From: an uncultured delta proteobacterium
GTDB lineage: Bacteria > Desulfobacterota > Binatia > UBA9968
Direction of reading: 5' to 3'
Assembly: GCA_963760795.1 (NCBI GenBank)
Contig: CAVXEP010000029.1
Location: 224,001 to 288,000, forward strand
DNA length: 64,000 bases
The position numbers were made by a program, and so were the translations under genes. The notes beneath the pieces were generated by a model, which saw only the letters and a list, made by a program, of their open reading frames with translations, had not been told where the DNA came from and did no database searches. Shown here piece by piece: positions 32,099 to 41,746 of this stretch. Each line of letters starts with the position of its first letter. Position 1 is the stretch's first letter.

Positions 32099-33848
32099 AT
32101 GGCCAATACCGCAGCTGATATTCTGCTCGATACGATATCCGATTGGGGCGTGGAAGTTATTTTCGGACTTCCCGGCGATGGTATCAACGGGATCATGGAA
32201 GCTCTGCGCAAACGCAAAGATAAAATCCGTTTCATTCAGGTGCGCCACGAGGAATCGGCGGCATTCATGGCCTGCGCCTATGCCAAGTACACCGGCAAAC
32301 TCGGAGTGTGCCTAGCGACTTCCGGCCCAGGCGGCATTCATTTGTTGAATGGCCTATATGACGCCAAGCTCGACGGCCAGCCGGTGCTGGCGATCACCGG
32401 TCATCATTTTCACGATTTGATCGATACTCATGCCCAGCAAGATGTCAGTCTTGACCGCCTATTCATGGATGTTGCGGTTTACAACACGCGCGTGATGGGA
32501 GCGGCCCATGTCGAAAATATCGCCGATCTCGCCTGCCGCACCGCGCTGGCTTATCGCGGCGTCGCGCACATAAATTTTCCCGTCGATCTTCAAGAACAGG
32601 AAGCCGGTGAACGCTCGAAGCGCAATGTGCCGGGCCATACCTCGGATCGCTGGGCGCGCCATGCCCAACTGCCGGCCCAAGCGGATCTCGATCGTGCTGC
32701 CGAAGTTCTCAACGGCGGCAAGAAGGTGGCGATTTTATGCGGGCGCGGCGCTCTCGATGCCACCGACGAGTTGGAAGAGATGGCGGAAAAACTAGCCGCG
32801 CCGATCATTAAGGCTCTGCTCGGCAAAGCGGCGGTGCCGGACGACAGCACTTATACTACCGGCGGTATCGGCCTGCTCGGCACCAAACCGTCGCAGGATG
32901 CGATGGAAAGCTGCGATACGCTGCTGATGGTCGGAACATCGTTTCCGTACATCGAATTCTTACCCAAGCCGGGTCAGGCGCGCGCCGTGCAGATCGATCT
33001 TGACCCGGTGCGCATCGGGCTTCGTTATCCGGTGGATGTCGGCTTAGTCGGCGACAGCCGGCGCACGTTGCGGGCGTTGATAGCCAGCTTGCAGCGCCAA
33101 GAAGATCGCAGCTTTCCTCGAAAAGGCGCGCGCCGGCATGGCGGAGTGGTGGAAGCTGATGGAAGAGCGCGGCAGCCGCGCCGACCGGCCGATGAAACCG
33201 CAGGTCGTCGCCTGGGAGCTCGGCAAGCGGCTCGCCGATAACGCCATCGTCTCATGCGATTCGGGAACGGTGGCGACATGGTTTGCGCGCCAGATCCGCG
33301 CCCGGCGCGGGCAGATGTATTCGCTGTCGGGTAACTTGGCGAGTATGGCTAACGGTCTGCCTTACGCCATCGCGGCGCAGATCGCTTATCCGGAGCGGCA
33401 ATCTATCGCTTTCGTCGGTGACGGAGGGTTTTCCATGCTGATGGCCGAATTTGTCACAGCGGTAAAATATCGCTTGCCGATCAAAGTTGTGGTCATCAAA
33501 AATAACACCTTGGGCATGATCAAATGGGAGCAGATGGTTTTTCTCGGCAACCCCGAATATGGCTGCGAGCTCGAGCCCATCGATTTCGCCAGTTTTGCCC
33601 GCGCTTGCGGCGCCCAGGGATTTACCATCGACGATCCGGCGCAGTGCGGCGCGATCCTCGATCAGGCTCTCGAAACGCCCGGCCCGGTATTGATCGAAGC
33701 GGTGGTCGATCCGTTCGTGCCGCCGATGCCGGCCAAGGTCACCCTCGAGCAAGCGGCTCATTTTGCCGAGTCCCTCGCGCGCGGCGAACCCAACCGCAGC
33801 AAAATTGCCTGGACGGTGCTGTCGGACAAGGTGCGCGAGCTAGTTTAA
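32099..33848 (+). CDS. Pyruvate oxidase/dehydrogenase (ThDP/FAD, PoxB family); +1 frameshift near 33117
   Basis: FGLPGDG, VRHEESAAF, TSGPG, GDGGFSM..NN ThDP motif, split over two ORFs. Confidence 0.9.
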
Positions 33849-33896
33849 GGAATAAGTTTGAAAGCGAACTTTTATATAAATGATTGGAGAAACCCC

Positions 33897-34574
33897 ATGC
33901 CGGACTCAGTGACTCGCGAGGAGGTCCAAACGTTGGTTCGCAACGGCTCGCAGTTGATCGAGGTCTTGGGCGCGCACCAGTATGCCCAAGCCCATTTAGC
34001 CGGCGCGATTAACATTCCCTTGGCGCACATCGATCACAAAAGTACCGCGACGCTCAGCCACGAAAGGCCGGTGATCGTCTATTCCAACGATTTTCTATGT
34101 GACTTGAGCCCGCGGGCCGCGTGGCGGCTCGAAAGCTTGGGTTTCGCCAACGTCTGCGATTATGTCGCTGGGAAGGAGGATTGGCTGGCTTACGGTTTGC
34201 CGATCGAAGGCGAATTAGCCGAGGCCGTAACCGTGGGTAAGCTAGCCGATCGCGAGGTGCCGGTGTGCCGCTTCGATGATAAATTAGCCGATTTGGCACA
34301 ACGGCTACGCCCGACCCGCTGGAGCGAATGCGTGGTCGTCAACGAACCGGGCATCGTTCTCGGGCTGTTGCGAAAATCGATGTGGGAACACGCCGCCGAC
34401 GATATGACGGCAGAACAGGTGATGGAATCGGGGCCGATCACTTTTCGTCCCCATGTGGGGCGCGACGAAATGGTGTCCTATTTGCAAGAGAAAAAAATGC
34501 CAAGCGTGCTGGTGACCACTTCGGATGGAAAGTTAGTCGGACTGGTGCGGCGCAAGGATCTGGAAGAAGAGTGA
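33897..34574 (+). CDS. Rhodanese plus tandem CBS domain protein
   Basis: HLAGAINIP, IVYSNDFLCDLSPRAAWRLESLGF..GKEDW, then a CBS pair. Confidence 0.85.
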   Translation: MPDSVTREEVQTLVRNGSQLIEVLGAHQYAQAHLAGAINIPLAHIDHKSTATLSHERPVIVYSNDFLCDLSPRAAWRLESLGFANVCDYVAGKEDWLAYGLPIEGELAEAVTVGKLADREVPVCRFDDKLADLAQRLRPTRWSECVVVNEPGIVLGLLRKSMWEHAADDMTAEQVMESGPITFRPHVGRDEMVSYLQEKKMPSVLVTTSDGKLVGLVRRKDLEEE

Positions 34575-34590
34575 CCGAAAGGAGAAAATC

Positions 34591-35082
34591 GTGAGCAAGA
34601 ACTTCGTAGCTCGAGCCACAGCTTCGATTGAAGCGCCAAAGAGTAAGGTTTGGCAGGCGCTTGTCACCCCGGACGCGATCAAGCAATACCTGTTCGGCGC
34701 TCAGGTTGAATCGGACTGGAGTGAAGGAAGCGCGATCACATGGAAGGGCGAAATGAAAGGCCAGATATACCAGGACAGGGGTGTCATTCTAAAAATCGAA
34801 CCCGAGCAAATTCTCCAGTACAGTCATTTCAGCCCGCTATCCGGGAAACCTGACAAATTTGAAAACTATCACATCATTACAATCCATCTTTTTGGCAGTG
34901 GCAACAAAACCGAGGTATTGCTTTCTCAGGATAATAACGCCGATGACGAGGCGCGCAGAGAATCGGCGAAGAAGTGGCGAACGATGCTTGCAGGTCTGAA
35001 GAGATACGTCGAAAAGCCGTCGGGCACCTCGCAATGCATTCGAGCGGAAGCCGATTCGGAGCCCGCCGAATTCGGCCGTTAG
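34591..35082 (+). CDS. SRPBCC/AHSA1 domain protein
   Basis: KVWQALVTPDAIKQYLFG..W..MLAGLKRYVE. Confidence 0.88.
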   Translation: MSKNFVARATASIEAPKSKVWQALVTPDAIKQYLFGAQVESDWSEGSAITWKGEMKGQIYQDRGVILKIEPEQILQYSHFSPLSGKPDKFENYHIITIHLFGSGNKTEVLLSQDNNADDEARRESAKKWRTMLAGLKRYVEKPSGTSQCIRAEADSEPAEFGR

Positions 35083-35385
35083 CGTCGCAACCAACGGCGG
35101 CTCATCGCCTGGAGCGACACGTTGAAAACCTTTCAGGTGAAACGCGCATGGCCGGCGAATTTAAAATTCACATGAAAGGGCACCCGGCGGCGCTCGGGCA
35201 CATGAAACCGATCATGGAGATCGCTAAGTTCGATGCTCGCCTTTATGAAGTCATGGAGACGATCGCTGTCTAGCCGGAGAAAGCCAACCAACCGTGGTGT
35301 TTCGTGAACAATCGCGATGGTTGCTAGACTATAAAGAGCGCCCTTATAACCAAAGCGTAAGAAACCAGGAGAAGGAGACACTTTT

Positions 35386-35853
35386 ATGACCGCCAAAGTA
35401 AATCCAATTCCCGACGAATATCGCGGCGCAACGCCGTACCTGTGCGTGACGGACGGAACGCGAGCTATCGAGTTCTACAAGAAGGCGTTCGGCGCGCGCG
35501 AGGTGATGCGCATGGCGGGGCCCGACGGCAAACTCGGCCACGCCGAACTTAGAATCGGCGACGCTCCGATCATGCTTGCCGACGAGCAGCCGGAGATGAA
35601 CTTTCGCAGTCCACAATCGCTCGGCGGATCGCCAGTGAATATTGTCGTTTATGTCAATGACGTGGACGCGCTGGTGAAACAGGCCGAGGCCAACGGCGTG
35701 AAGGTACTCAGGCCGCCGGCGGATCAGTTTTACGGCGACCGCATGGCGACGCTGGAAGATCCATTCGGCCATTCGTGGTCCTTCGCCACGCACGTTGAAG
35801 ATGTTCCGCCCGAGGAAATGCACAAGCGCGCAGCGGCGGCCCATCATAGCTAG
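35386..35853 (+). CDS. VOC/glyoxalase (PhnB-like) protein
   Basis: TPYL..AIEFYKKAFGA..HAELRIGD..QFYGDR..DPFGHSW. Confidence 0.92.
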   Translation: MTAKVNPIPDEYRGATPYLCVTDGTRAIEFYKKAFGAREVMRMAGPDGKLGHAELRIGDAPIMLADEQPEMNFRSPQSLGGSPVNIVVYVNDVDALVKQAEANGVKVLRPPADQFYGDRMATLEDPFGHSWSFATHVEDVPPEEMHKRAAAAHHS

Positions 35854-35905
35854 CCGATGATGTGTCGCCGAGCATACCAGGCGCACAGTGTTGAGGAGAA
35901 GCGCC

Positions 35906-36175
35906 ATGGACACCGATCTTGACCGAATGTCACGTGAGCAACTCATAGAAGAGCTCAAGAGGCTGCGAAATGGCATCCGCGCGCACCGCGATGCCACGCG
36001 GCATGAACTTTGTTGGCATCAGCCAGCACTGTGGGGGCTACTGCCGGAGAAAACCGATCCACTGCCCGTAGTGCCGAATTGGCCTCAGTTCATCGAAGGT
36101 TGTGTGAAGTACCGACAGTCCCTTGAGCAACAAGCGGCGCGCGCGCCACGAACGGATGATCCTTACCAGGAATAA
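35906..36175 (+). CDS. Hypothetical protein
   Basis: GAGGAG RBS; HRD..HELCWH..LWGLLPE..GCVKYR pattern suggestive of metal binding. Confidence 0.7.
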   Translation: MDTDLDRMSREQLIEELKRLRNGIRAHRDATRHELCWHQPALWGLLPEKTDPLPVVPNWPQFIEGCVKYRQSLEQQAARAPRTDDPYQE

Positions 36176-36320
36176 ATATCTGCCGCCCGGCTCTGAATGA
36201 GGTTTATTCCTATTGATACTCACGGCGCGCACCCTGGGTGGAGCCGCCCTCCAAGAGCCGGGCCGTTCGGGGAGATTGAATATCAAACTTTACCGAGCGG
36301 CCCGGGCGAAACGGCAGGTC

Positions 36321-36797
36321 TTATTGGTGTTTGTGTCGCGCGATGAAATAGAGCAAGCCGGCGCCGATCAACGTCGATTGGAGCGGGTATTTGCGCACCA
36401 AACCGACGAGATCCGCCGCCATATTTTCCAGGTCGTTGGTTTTCAGATAAGAGCCGGCGGTTTCAAATCCACCGGCGACTTCAGCTTGAGCTTCGCGCGC
36501 TTTGCTTGCCGCACTAGCACCAAACTCGTATGCCTTGTCTTTCAGCTCACCCACCGCCGCGATCGCGCCGGACAATTTACCTGCGGCCGCGCTATCCGCC
36601 TCCCTGAATCGTTGCTCAACCTCTCTTTGGGCGGTCTCCCGGGAGTAGCCGTATTTCTCTTGAATTTTACCGATCAGTTTATCTTTTTGACCGCCGATCT
36701 GTTCGAAGTCATCGTCACTTAAGGAACCCCACCAAGACTTCAGGGTGCCTCTCATTTGCTTCCATTGGCCGGCAAAAGTATCTTCGTTCACGGTCAA
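36321..36797 (-). CDS. CsbD-family stress protein with an ElaB/YqjD-like C-terminal membrane anchor
   Basis: GQWKQMRG..WG.LSDDD..L.GKIQEKYG followed by VRKYPLQSTLIGAGL. Confidence 0.88.
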   Translation of the reverse strand: MTVNEDTFAGQWKQMRGTLKSWWGSLSDDDFEQIGGQKDKLIGKIQEKYGYSRETAQREVEQRFREADSAAAGKLSGAIAAVGELKDKAYEFGASAASKAREAQAEVAGGFETAGSYLKTNDLENMAADLVGLVRKYPLQSTLIGAGLLYFIARHKHQ

Positions 36798-36859
36798 GTC
36801 CTCCTATGATTAAGGGTTGGTTCGGATCTCTGGACAAATTTACTAGGCTAGATAGCCAA

Positions 36860-36937
36860 TTAGCGTAGGCCCAGGTAGCCGAGAATGAACAATACGACAA
36901 CCACCACTCCGATAATGTAAAAAATGTTAGATCCCAT
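36860..36937 (-). CDS. 25-aa single-TM small protein
   Basis: MGSNIFYIIGVVVVVLFILGYLGLR*, GGAG RBS, between the BON and CsbD genes on the same strand; below the ORF-track cutoff. Confidence 0.75.
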   Translation of the reverse strand: MGSNIFYIIGVVVVVLFILGYLGLR

Positions 36938-37003
36938 ATGGCTATTTCTCCAATGACGGTTCTGTCAACTCTTTAATTTGCGCAAAGTCGCCGTTCGCTA
37001 AGG

Positions 37004-37333
37004 TTATTTTTTCTGGATTTGCAGGTTGTTATTGACGCCTTTAACGCCGTCGACCTGACGAGTAAGAGACTCTACCCGCGCTCGTGTTTCGGCATTTTCG
37101 GCCACGCCGTTTAGCGATACCACTCCTCTAATCGTATCGACTTCGACACGCGTGACGGTTGACAGCTTCTCGCCAGCAAGTTTAGTCTTGACCGATGCGG
37201 TGATTGTGGAATCGTCGATGTTCTGGCCGGCGGTGCTGCCGGTCATAGATTGGCAACCCGACACGAGCGCGACAATCACGACGAGCCCAATGAGAGCAGG
37301 ACGAAGCTTCAATAATATGTTGCTGAACATCAT
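37004..37333 (-). CDS. BON-domain (OsmY-like) lipoprotein
   Basis: Lipobox VSGC; DDSTITASVKTKL..GVVSLNG..VDGVKGVNNNL. Confidence 0.92.
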   Translation of the reverse strand: MMFSNILLKLRPALIGLVVIVALVSGCQSMTGSTAGQNIDDSTITASVKTKLAGEKLSTVTRVEVDTIRGVVSLNGVAENAETRARVESLTRQVDGVKGVNNNLQIQKK

Positions 37334-37416
37334 AATCTCCTTTTCTTTTGCTGATTAATAATCGTCGATTTTTTTTGCGACTTATTGATTTCCCTCATCG
37401 ATAATCCGCTGATAAA

Positions 37417-37432
37417 AGCAAAGGCCATTCCA
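37417..37432 (-). promoter_or_regulatory. Putative sigma-54 promoter of BON-sORF-CsbD
   Basis: TGGAATGGCCTTTGCT. Confidence 0.6.
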
Positions 37433-37622
37433 ACGCAAGCGGCTATTTTATTCTACCATTAGTCATATTCCGTCTGTAGTCATTTCCGTCCTAACTTCGG
37501 GATTATGCGCGGTGATTTCGTCCCGAACTTGATACAGCCAACCGCAAATGTTTTGGGAAAGCTCGCTGCAACGGCTTCGGACTACAGATCGCAGCCATTA
37601 TAGTTTGTGTCCTGCCATTACT

Positions 37623-39710
37623 TTAGTAAGGCAAGATCCCCGTCTCGAGAGCCGGCGCACGCGGCAGCCCGGTGACGTCGAGGATCTCCTGCTCGTTGAG
37701 GGTTTCGCGCGCCAGCAGGGCTTCGACTAGCGCGTCGAGTTGCTTGCGGTGCGCGCCCAGGAGGCGCTTGGCCTGGTCGTGGCTCTCACCGATGATCTTG
37801 AGTATTTCGCTATCGATAGCTTCGGCGGTGTTCTCGCTAAACTGCCGCGCGCCTGCGTAACCGTTCGAGCTACTCAGGTAGGGGTTTTCCCGGGGCGCGA
37901 GCTGGACCAACCCGAGCCGCTCGCTCATGCCCCAGCGCGTGACCATCTGGCGCGCCAGCCCAGTCGCCTGTTCGATATCGCTTTCGGCTCCAGTCGTTTT
38001 AGTGCCGTAGACAATCTCCTCGGCCGCCCGGCCTCCGAGCATGCCGACGATCCGCGCGCGCAGGTATGCTTCGGGATAGTTGTAGCGCTCGCTATCCGGC
38101 CGCTGATAAGTCACGCCGAGCGCCTGGCCCCGCGGCACGATGCTCACTCGGTTCACCGGGTCGGCGCCGGGCACCACCAGACCCAGGATGGCGTGTCCGC
38201 CCTCGTGATAGGCGATGCGTTCCTTATCGGCGCGGCTCAAAAGGAGCGGGCGCTCGGGGCCGAGCACGATCTTCTCCAGCGCATCGAGGAAGTCTTTGTG
38301 ACGGACCTCGTTCTGCTCGCGCCGGGCCGCCAGCAGCGCCGCCTCGTTGACCAGATTTTTCAAATCCGCCCCCGAAAGTCCCGGCGTCGCGGCGGCGATC
38401 TCCGCCAAGCTGGCATCCTTCGCGAGCGGCACGGCGCGAGTGTGGACTTTGAGGATCGCCTCGCGACCGGTCTTATCCGGCAGGTTAACCACTACTCGCC
38501 GGTCGAAACGTCCGGGACGCAGCAGCGCTTTGTCGAGCACCTCCGGCTGATTGGTCGCCGCTAATACGATGATGCCCTCGCGGCTGGAGAAGCCGTCCAT
38601 TTCAGTGAGAATTTGGTTCAGGGTCTGCTCCTGCTCGCTCGAGCCGCCGATCGCTATCTGCCCGCGCGCGCGGCCGATGGCGTCGAGCTCGTCGATGAAG
38701 ACGATCGCCGGCGCTTGCTCGCGTGCTTGTTTGAACAGGTCTCGCACCCGCGCCGCGCCCACGCCGACGATCATCTCGACGAACTCGGCCGCGCTCATCG
38801 AGAAGAACGGCACCCCCGCCTCTCCCGCGACCGCCTTCGCGAGCAAGGTTTTCCCTGTGCCCGGCGCGCCTATCAGCAAGACGCCTTTCGGAGCGGCGCC
38901 GCCGAGACGGGTGTACTTCTTTGGGTCTTTGAGAAAATCGACGATCTCGACCAATTCGTTCTCGGCTTCATCGATTCCGGCGACGTCGTTGAAGGTGATT
39001 TTTATATCCTTGTCCTGGTCGTAGCGGCGCGCCTTGCTCTTGCCGATGCCCATGAGCCCGCCGCCGATTCCCCCGCCCTGTTGCGCCGCTCGCCGGAAGA
39101 GCCAGACATAAAAGCCGATGAGGAGCAGGGCCGGGCCAAAGCCGAAAAGGAACGTCGCCCACGGACTGCCGCCGTCGTCGATCGGTTCGGCGCTGATCTC
39201 CACGCCGCTATCGATCAAAAATTTTTCCAAACCGGGGTCGACGAAAGTAGGCAGGGTAGTCGTAAAGTTGCTCACCGTTTTGGCCACGGCGTCGGGCGCC
39301 GGCTTGGCAGTCTTTTGCGGCTCAGCGCTTGGCGTCGCGCCCTTTTTGTCCGTTGACGCGTAGGCGACACTCGTCTTGAAGCGGCCCGTGATAGTCTCGC
39401 CCTGGCTATAGATCGCCGCGACGTTACCCTTGCCGACTTCTGCTTTAAACAACGTATAGGGCACCGTAATCGGCGCTTCCGGTGGAAAGATGAGCCTGAC
39501 GAGCAAGTAGTTGGCGAGCAACGCACCCAAGAACCACAGCCAGGTTTGGCTCGGCGGCATCTTGGCCTTTTCCGAACCCTTGGCAGCTCCAGGACGACTC
39601 AGGTCTGGAGGTAACCGGCCAGGCGGTGCGGCGTCGGAATCCCGTTGTAGCTTTCGTCTGATGAATTTCATTCTCAGCTCCTCAGAGGCGCGGTGGGCGA
39701 TATCAGGCAA
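37623..39710 (-). CDS. ftsH: ATP-dependent zinc metalloprotease FtsH paralog (start uncertain)
   Basis: Two TMs, Walker A GAPGTGKT, Walker B IVFIDE, RPGRFDR, HEGGH. Confidence 0.95.
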   Translation of the reverse strand: MPDIAHRASEELRMKFIRRKLQRDSDAAPPGRLPPDLSRPGAAKGSEKAKMPPSQTWLWFLGALLANYLLVRLIFPPEAPITVPYTLFKAEVGKGNVAAIYSQGETITGRFKTSVAYASTDKKGATPSAEPQKTAKPAPDAVAKTVSNFTTTLPTFVDPGLEKFLIDSGVEISAEPIDDGGSPWATFLFGFGPALLLIGFYVWLFRRAAQQGGGIGGGLMGIGKSKARRYDQDKDIKITFNDVAGIDEAENELVEIVDFLKDPKKYTRLGGAAPKGVLLIGAPGTGKTLLAKAVAGEAGVPFFSMSAAEFVEMIVGVGAARVRDLFKQAREQAPAIVFIDELDAIGRARGQIAIGGSSEQEQTLNQILTEMDGFSSREGIIVLAATNQPEVLDKALLRPGRFDRRVVVNLPDKTGREAILKVHTRAVPLAKDASLAEIAAATPGLSGADLKNLVNEAALLAARREQNEVRHKDFLDALEKIVLGPERPLLLSRADKERIAYHEGGHAILGLVVPGADPVNRVSIVPRGQALGVTYQRPDSERYNYPEAYLRARIVGMLGGRAAEEIVYGTKTTGAESDIEQATGLARQMVTRWGMSERLGLVQLAPRENPYLSSSNGYAGARQFSENTAEAIDSEILKIIGESHDQAKRLLGAHRKQLDALVEALLARETLNEQEILDVTGLPRAPALETGILPY

Positions 39711-39992
39711 CGATTCAGCAGCATATAGAAACGGCTACCACTCGCGCCTCTGCACAACAAGATTAAGCATAAACAGATCACCGGCTCATACCATGGCAGA
39801 ACGCTGGATCGGAACCGGACCATCGCTTGGTCATTTTTCGGACAGGCAGTCGCATAGCGATAGCATTTCTCGCTTGGAATCGTCCGCCAAAGACTTACTT
39901 CTTCAACCGGGTTATGGTTAGTTATTGTGCCAATGTTACTGTCCTTGTTACGGCGTAGGGGCAGGCAAGATGCCGTCAGCACATATAAGCAC

Positions 39993-40075
39993 CGGGGGTT
40001 CGATCATCATTGGGTCAAGCCCGCCGATTTCACGCAGGTGAAACAAATCTTGGCGACGGTCGCCGAGCACACGAC
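39993..40075 (+). pseudogene. C-terminal relic of a receiver domain
   Basis: RGFDHHWVKPADFTQVKQIL matches the GFxxHxVKP end of the REC domains in neighbouring kinases; no N-terminal part is present. Confidence 0.55.
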
Positions 40076-40093
40076 GCGACCTTGGAGGAATAG

Positions 40094-41485
40094 ATGGCAT
40101 CCAGTTTCGATGAAACTAACCAAGATCGTCCGCTTGTTATCGCCCGAGTGGAACGATCGATGGTTCGTACTCAAAAAGCCGCTGAACAGCTCATGGCCCT
40201 GGCTGGGCACCTGGCTGCCAGGCGGTCAGCGATTTTGCAAGCCTGGCGCGAGTCCGTGCAGGCCGATCCGGAATTGACCGTCGTTACTGCGCTGCCGCGC
40301 ACGCAGTTCAACGACCACATCCCCCAAGTGTTGGACTCGTTCGAGCGCAAGTTGCGCCTCTGGAGCGGCCAGGAGAGCGCCGCAGCGCAAGAGCAGCGGA
40401 GAGAGGACTCTGCCACCCACGGCTTGCAGCGCTGGCAGCAGGGCTACCGCCTGCGCGAAGTGACCCGTGAATGGGGTCATTTGCAGTTGTGCTTGGTGAC
40501 CGAGTTGGAAAATTACACTGCCGCGGAGACCGAGCTGGAGCCGGGCGTGAGGGCGACCGCAATACTGGCGGTGACGGAACTGTGCAACGAAGGCATCGGC
40601 GAAAGCACGACGCGCTACTTCCAGCTGCAGCAACTCGAGGCCGAGGGGGAAGTCCGCGACCTGCAAGAAACACTGAAAGAAGTCAAAGAACTCGACCGCC
40701 GTCGTACGGAACTCTTCCAACAGGCCGCTCATGACCTGCGCGGCAATGTCGGCGTGGTTCGGAACGTCACCTCGGGGCTGACGGGGAATGACATCCCGGA
40801 AACAATGCGGGATGAGTTTCTTCGGCTCCTGCAAAAAAGCGTGTCGTCCCTGCATTCAATGTTGGACGAGGTGCTCGATCTGGCACGCCTGCAAGCCGGC
40901 CACGAGCTGCGCGAAGTAAAGCCGTGCGACGTCGCCGCACTGTTGAGGGACTTGTGTGACAATTTGCGGCCCCTCGCGACTGACCGTGGCTTATTTTTGC
41001 AGGCGGAGGGGCCGGCCACCCTATTGGTGGAGGGGGATGCCGTTAAGATCCGGCGCATAGCTCAGAACTTGCTGCTCAATGGGTTGAAATACACTCGATC
41101 GGGCGGCGTGAACGTGGCATGGGGAGACAGCCGGGACAATGATCCCAAACGCTGGATGCTGTTTGTCCAAGACACCGGCCCTGGCTTCAATGCCGGAGTG
41201 AACTCTCCAGTGGCGGAGGCATTGAAAGACGCCACCGCAGAGTCACGGCAGATCGATGAAAAATCATCCCAAGCCAACCACGATCCCGCCCTTGCCGAAC
41301 CCATCGCGCCGGTTGTCGCTGCGCCGGAACACCGGCCGGCCCACCAGGAGGGCGGTGAGGGCATTGGCCTGTCGATCGTCAAACGGCTGTGCGATCTGCT
41401 GGAGGCGAGTATCGAACTGGAGTCCAACGCCGGCGAAGGCACGACCTGGCGCGTCATGTTCCCGCGGCATTACGATGTCGCCTAA
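40094..41485 (+). CDS. Cytoplasmic histidine kinase with an RsbRD_N-like sensor domain
   Basis: ILQAW..DHIPQVLD..HGLQRWQQGY..E; H-box AAHDLRG, N-box NLLLNGLKY, DTGPG, GEGIGL. Confidence 0.88.
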   Translation: MASSFDETNQDRPLVIARVERSMVRTQKAAEQLMALAGHLAARRSAILQAWRESVQADPELTVVTALPRTQFNDHIPQVLDSFERKLRLWSGQESAAAQEQRREDSATHGLQRWQQGYRLREVTREWGHLQLCLVTELENYTAAETELEPGVRATAILAVTELCNEGIGESTTRYFQLQQLEAEGEVRDLQETLKEVKELDRRRTELFQQAAHDLRGNVGVVRNVTSGLTGNDIPETMRDEFLRLLQKSVSSLHSMLDEVLDLARLQAGHELREVKPCDVAALLRDLCDNLRPLATDRGLFLQAEGPATLLVEGDAVKIRRIAQNLLLNGLKYTRSGGVNVAWGDSRDNDPKRWMLFVQDTGPGFNAGVNSPVAEALKDATAESRQIDEKSSQANHDPALAEPIAPVVAAPEHRPAHQEGGEGIGLSIVKRLCDLLEASIELESNAGEGTTWRVMFPRHYDVA

Positions 41486-41746
41486 CTCGACAGCTTGCTT
41501 TATGAAGCGGAAAAGCACTTGCGTTCATTCGATCAAGATGATCGCCAAGTGTACGCAAAAGTTGCGATGACCCGCCGCACGGCTCAGGTTTAGAAAAGTT
41601 CTTCCCCTTCGCGGCTGCGCCTGGCGGCAGCGGGCGGCATAGACAATGATCGTGGAAAATCGCTTCAAGGGAAACAGTGGATAGCCGGCATTGGGTCCAG
41701 TTCAATTCGGCGCTCTACTTGCGGGTCTTTCACTGAGAATTACGCG

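Noticed and set aside
35148-35273. 41-aa ORF resembling the C-terminus of an ABM-type protein
   Set aside because: Too short and too weakly similar to support a call.
39960-39975. Minus-strand CGGCATCTTGCCTGCC as an ftsH sigma-54 promoter
   Set aside because: Has CTGC at -12, lies far from the start and abuts a gene relic; not counted among the nine sites.
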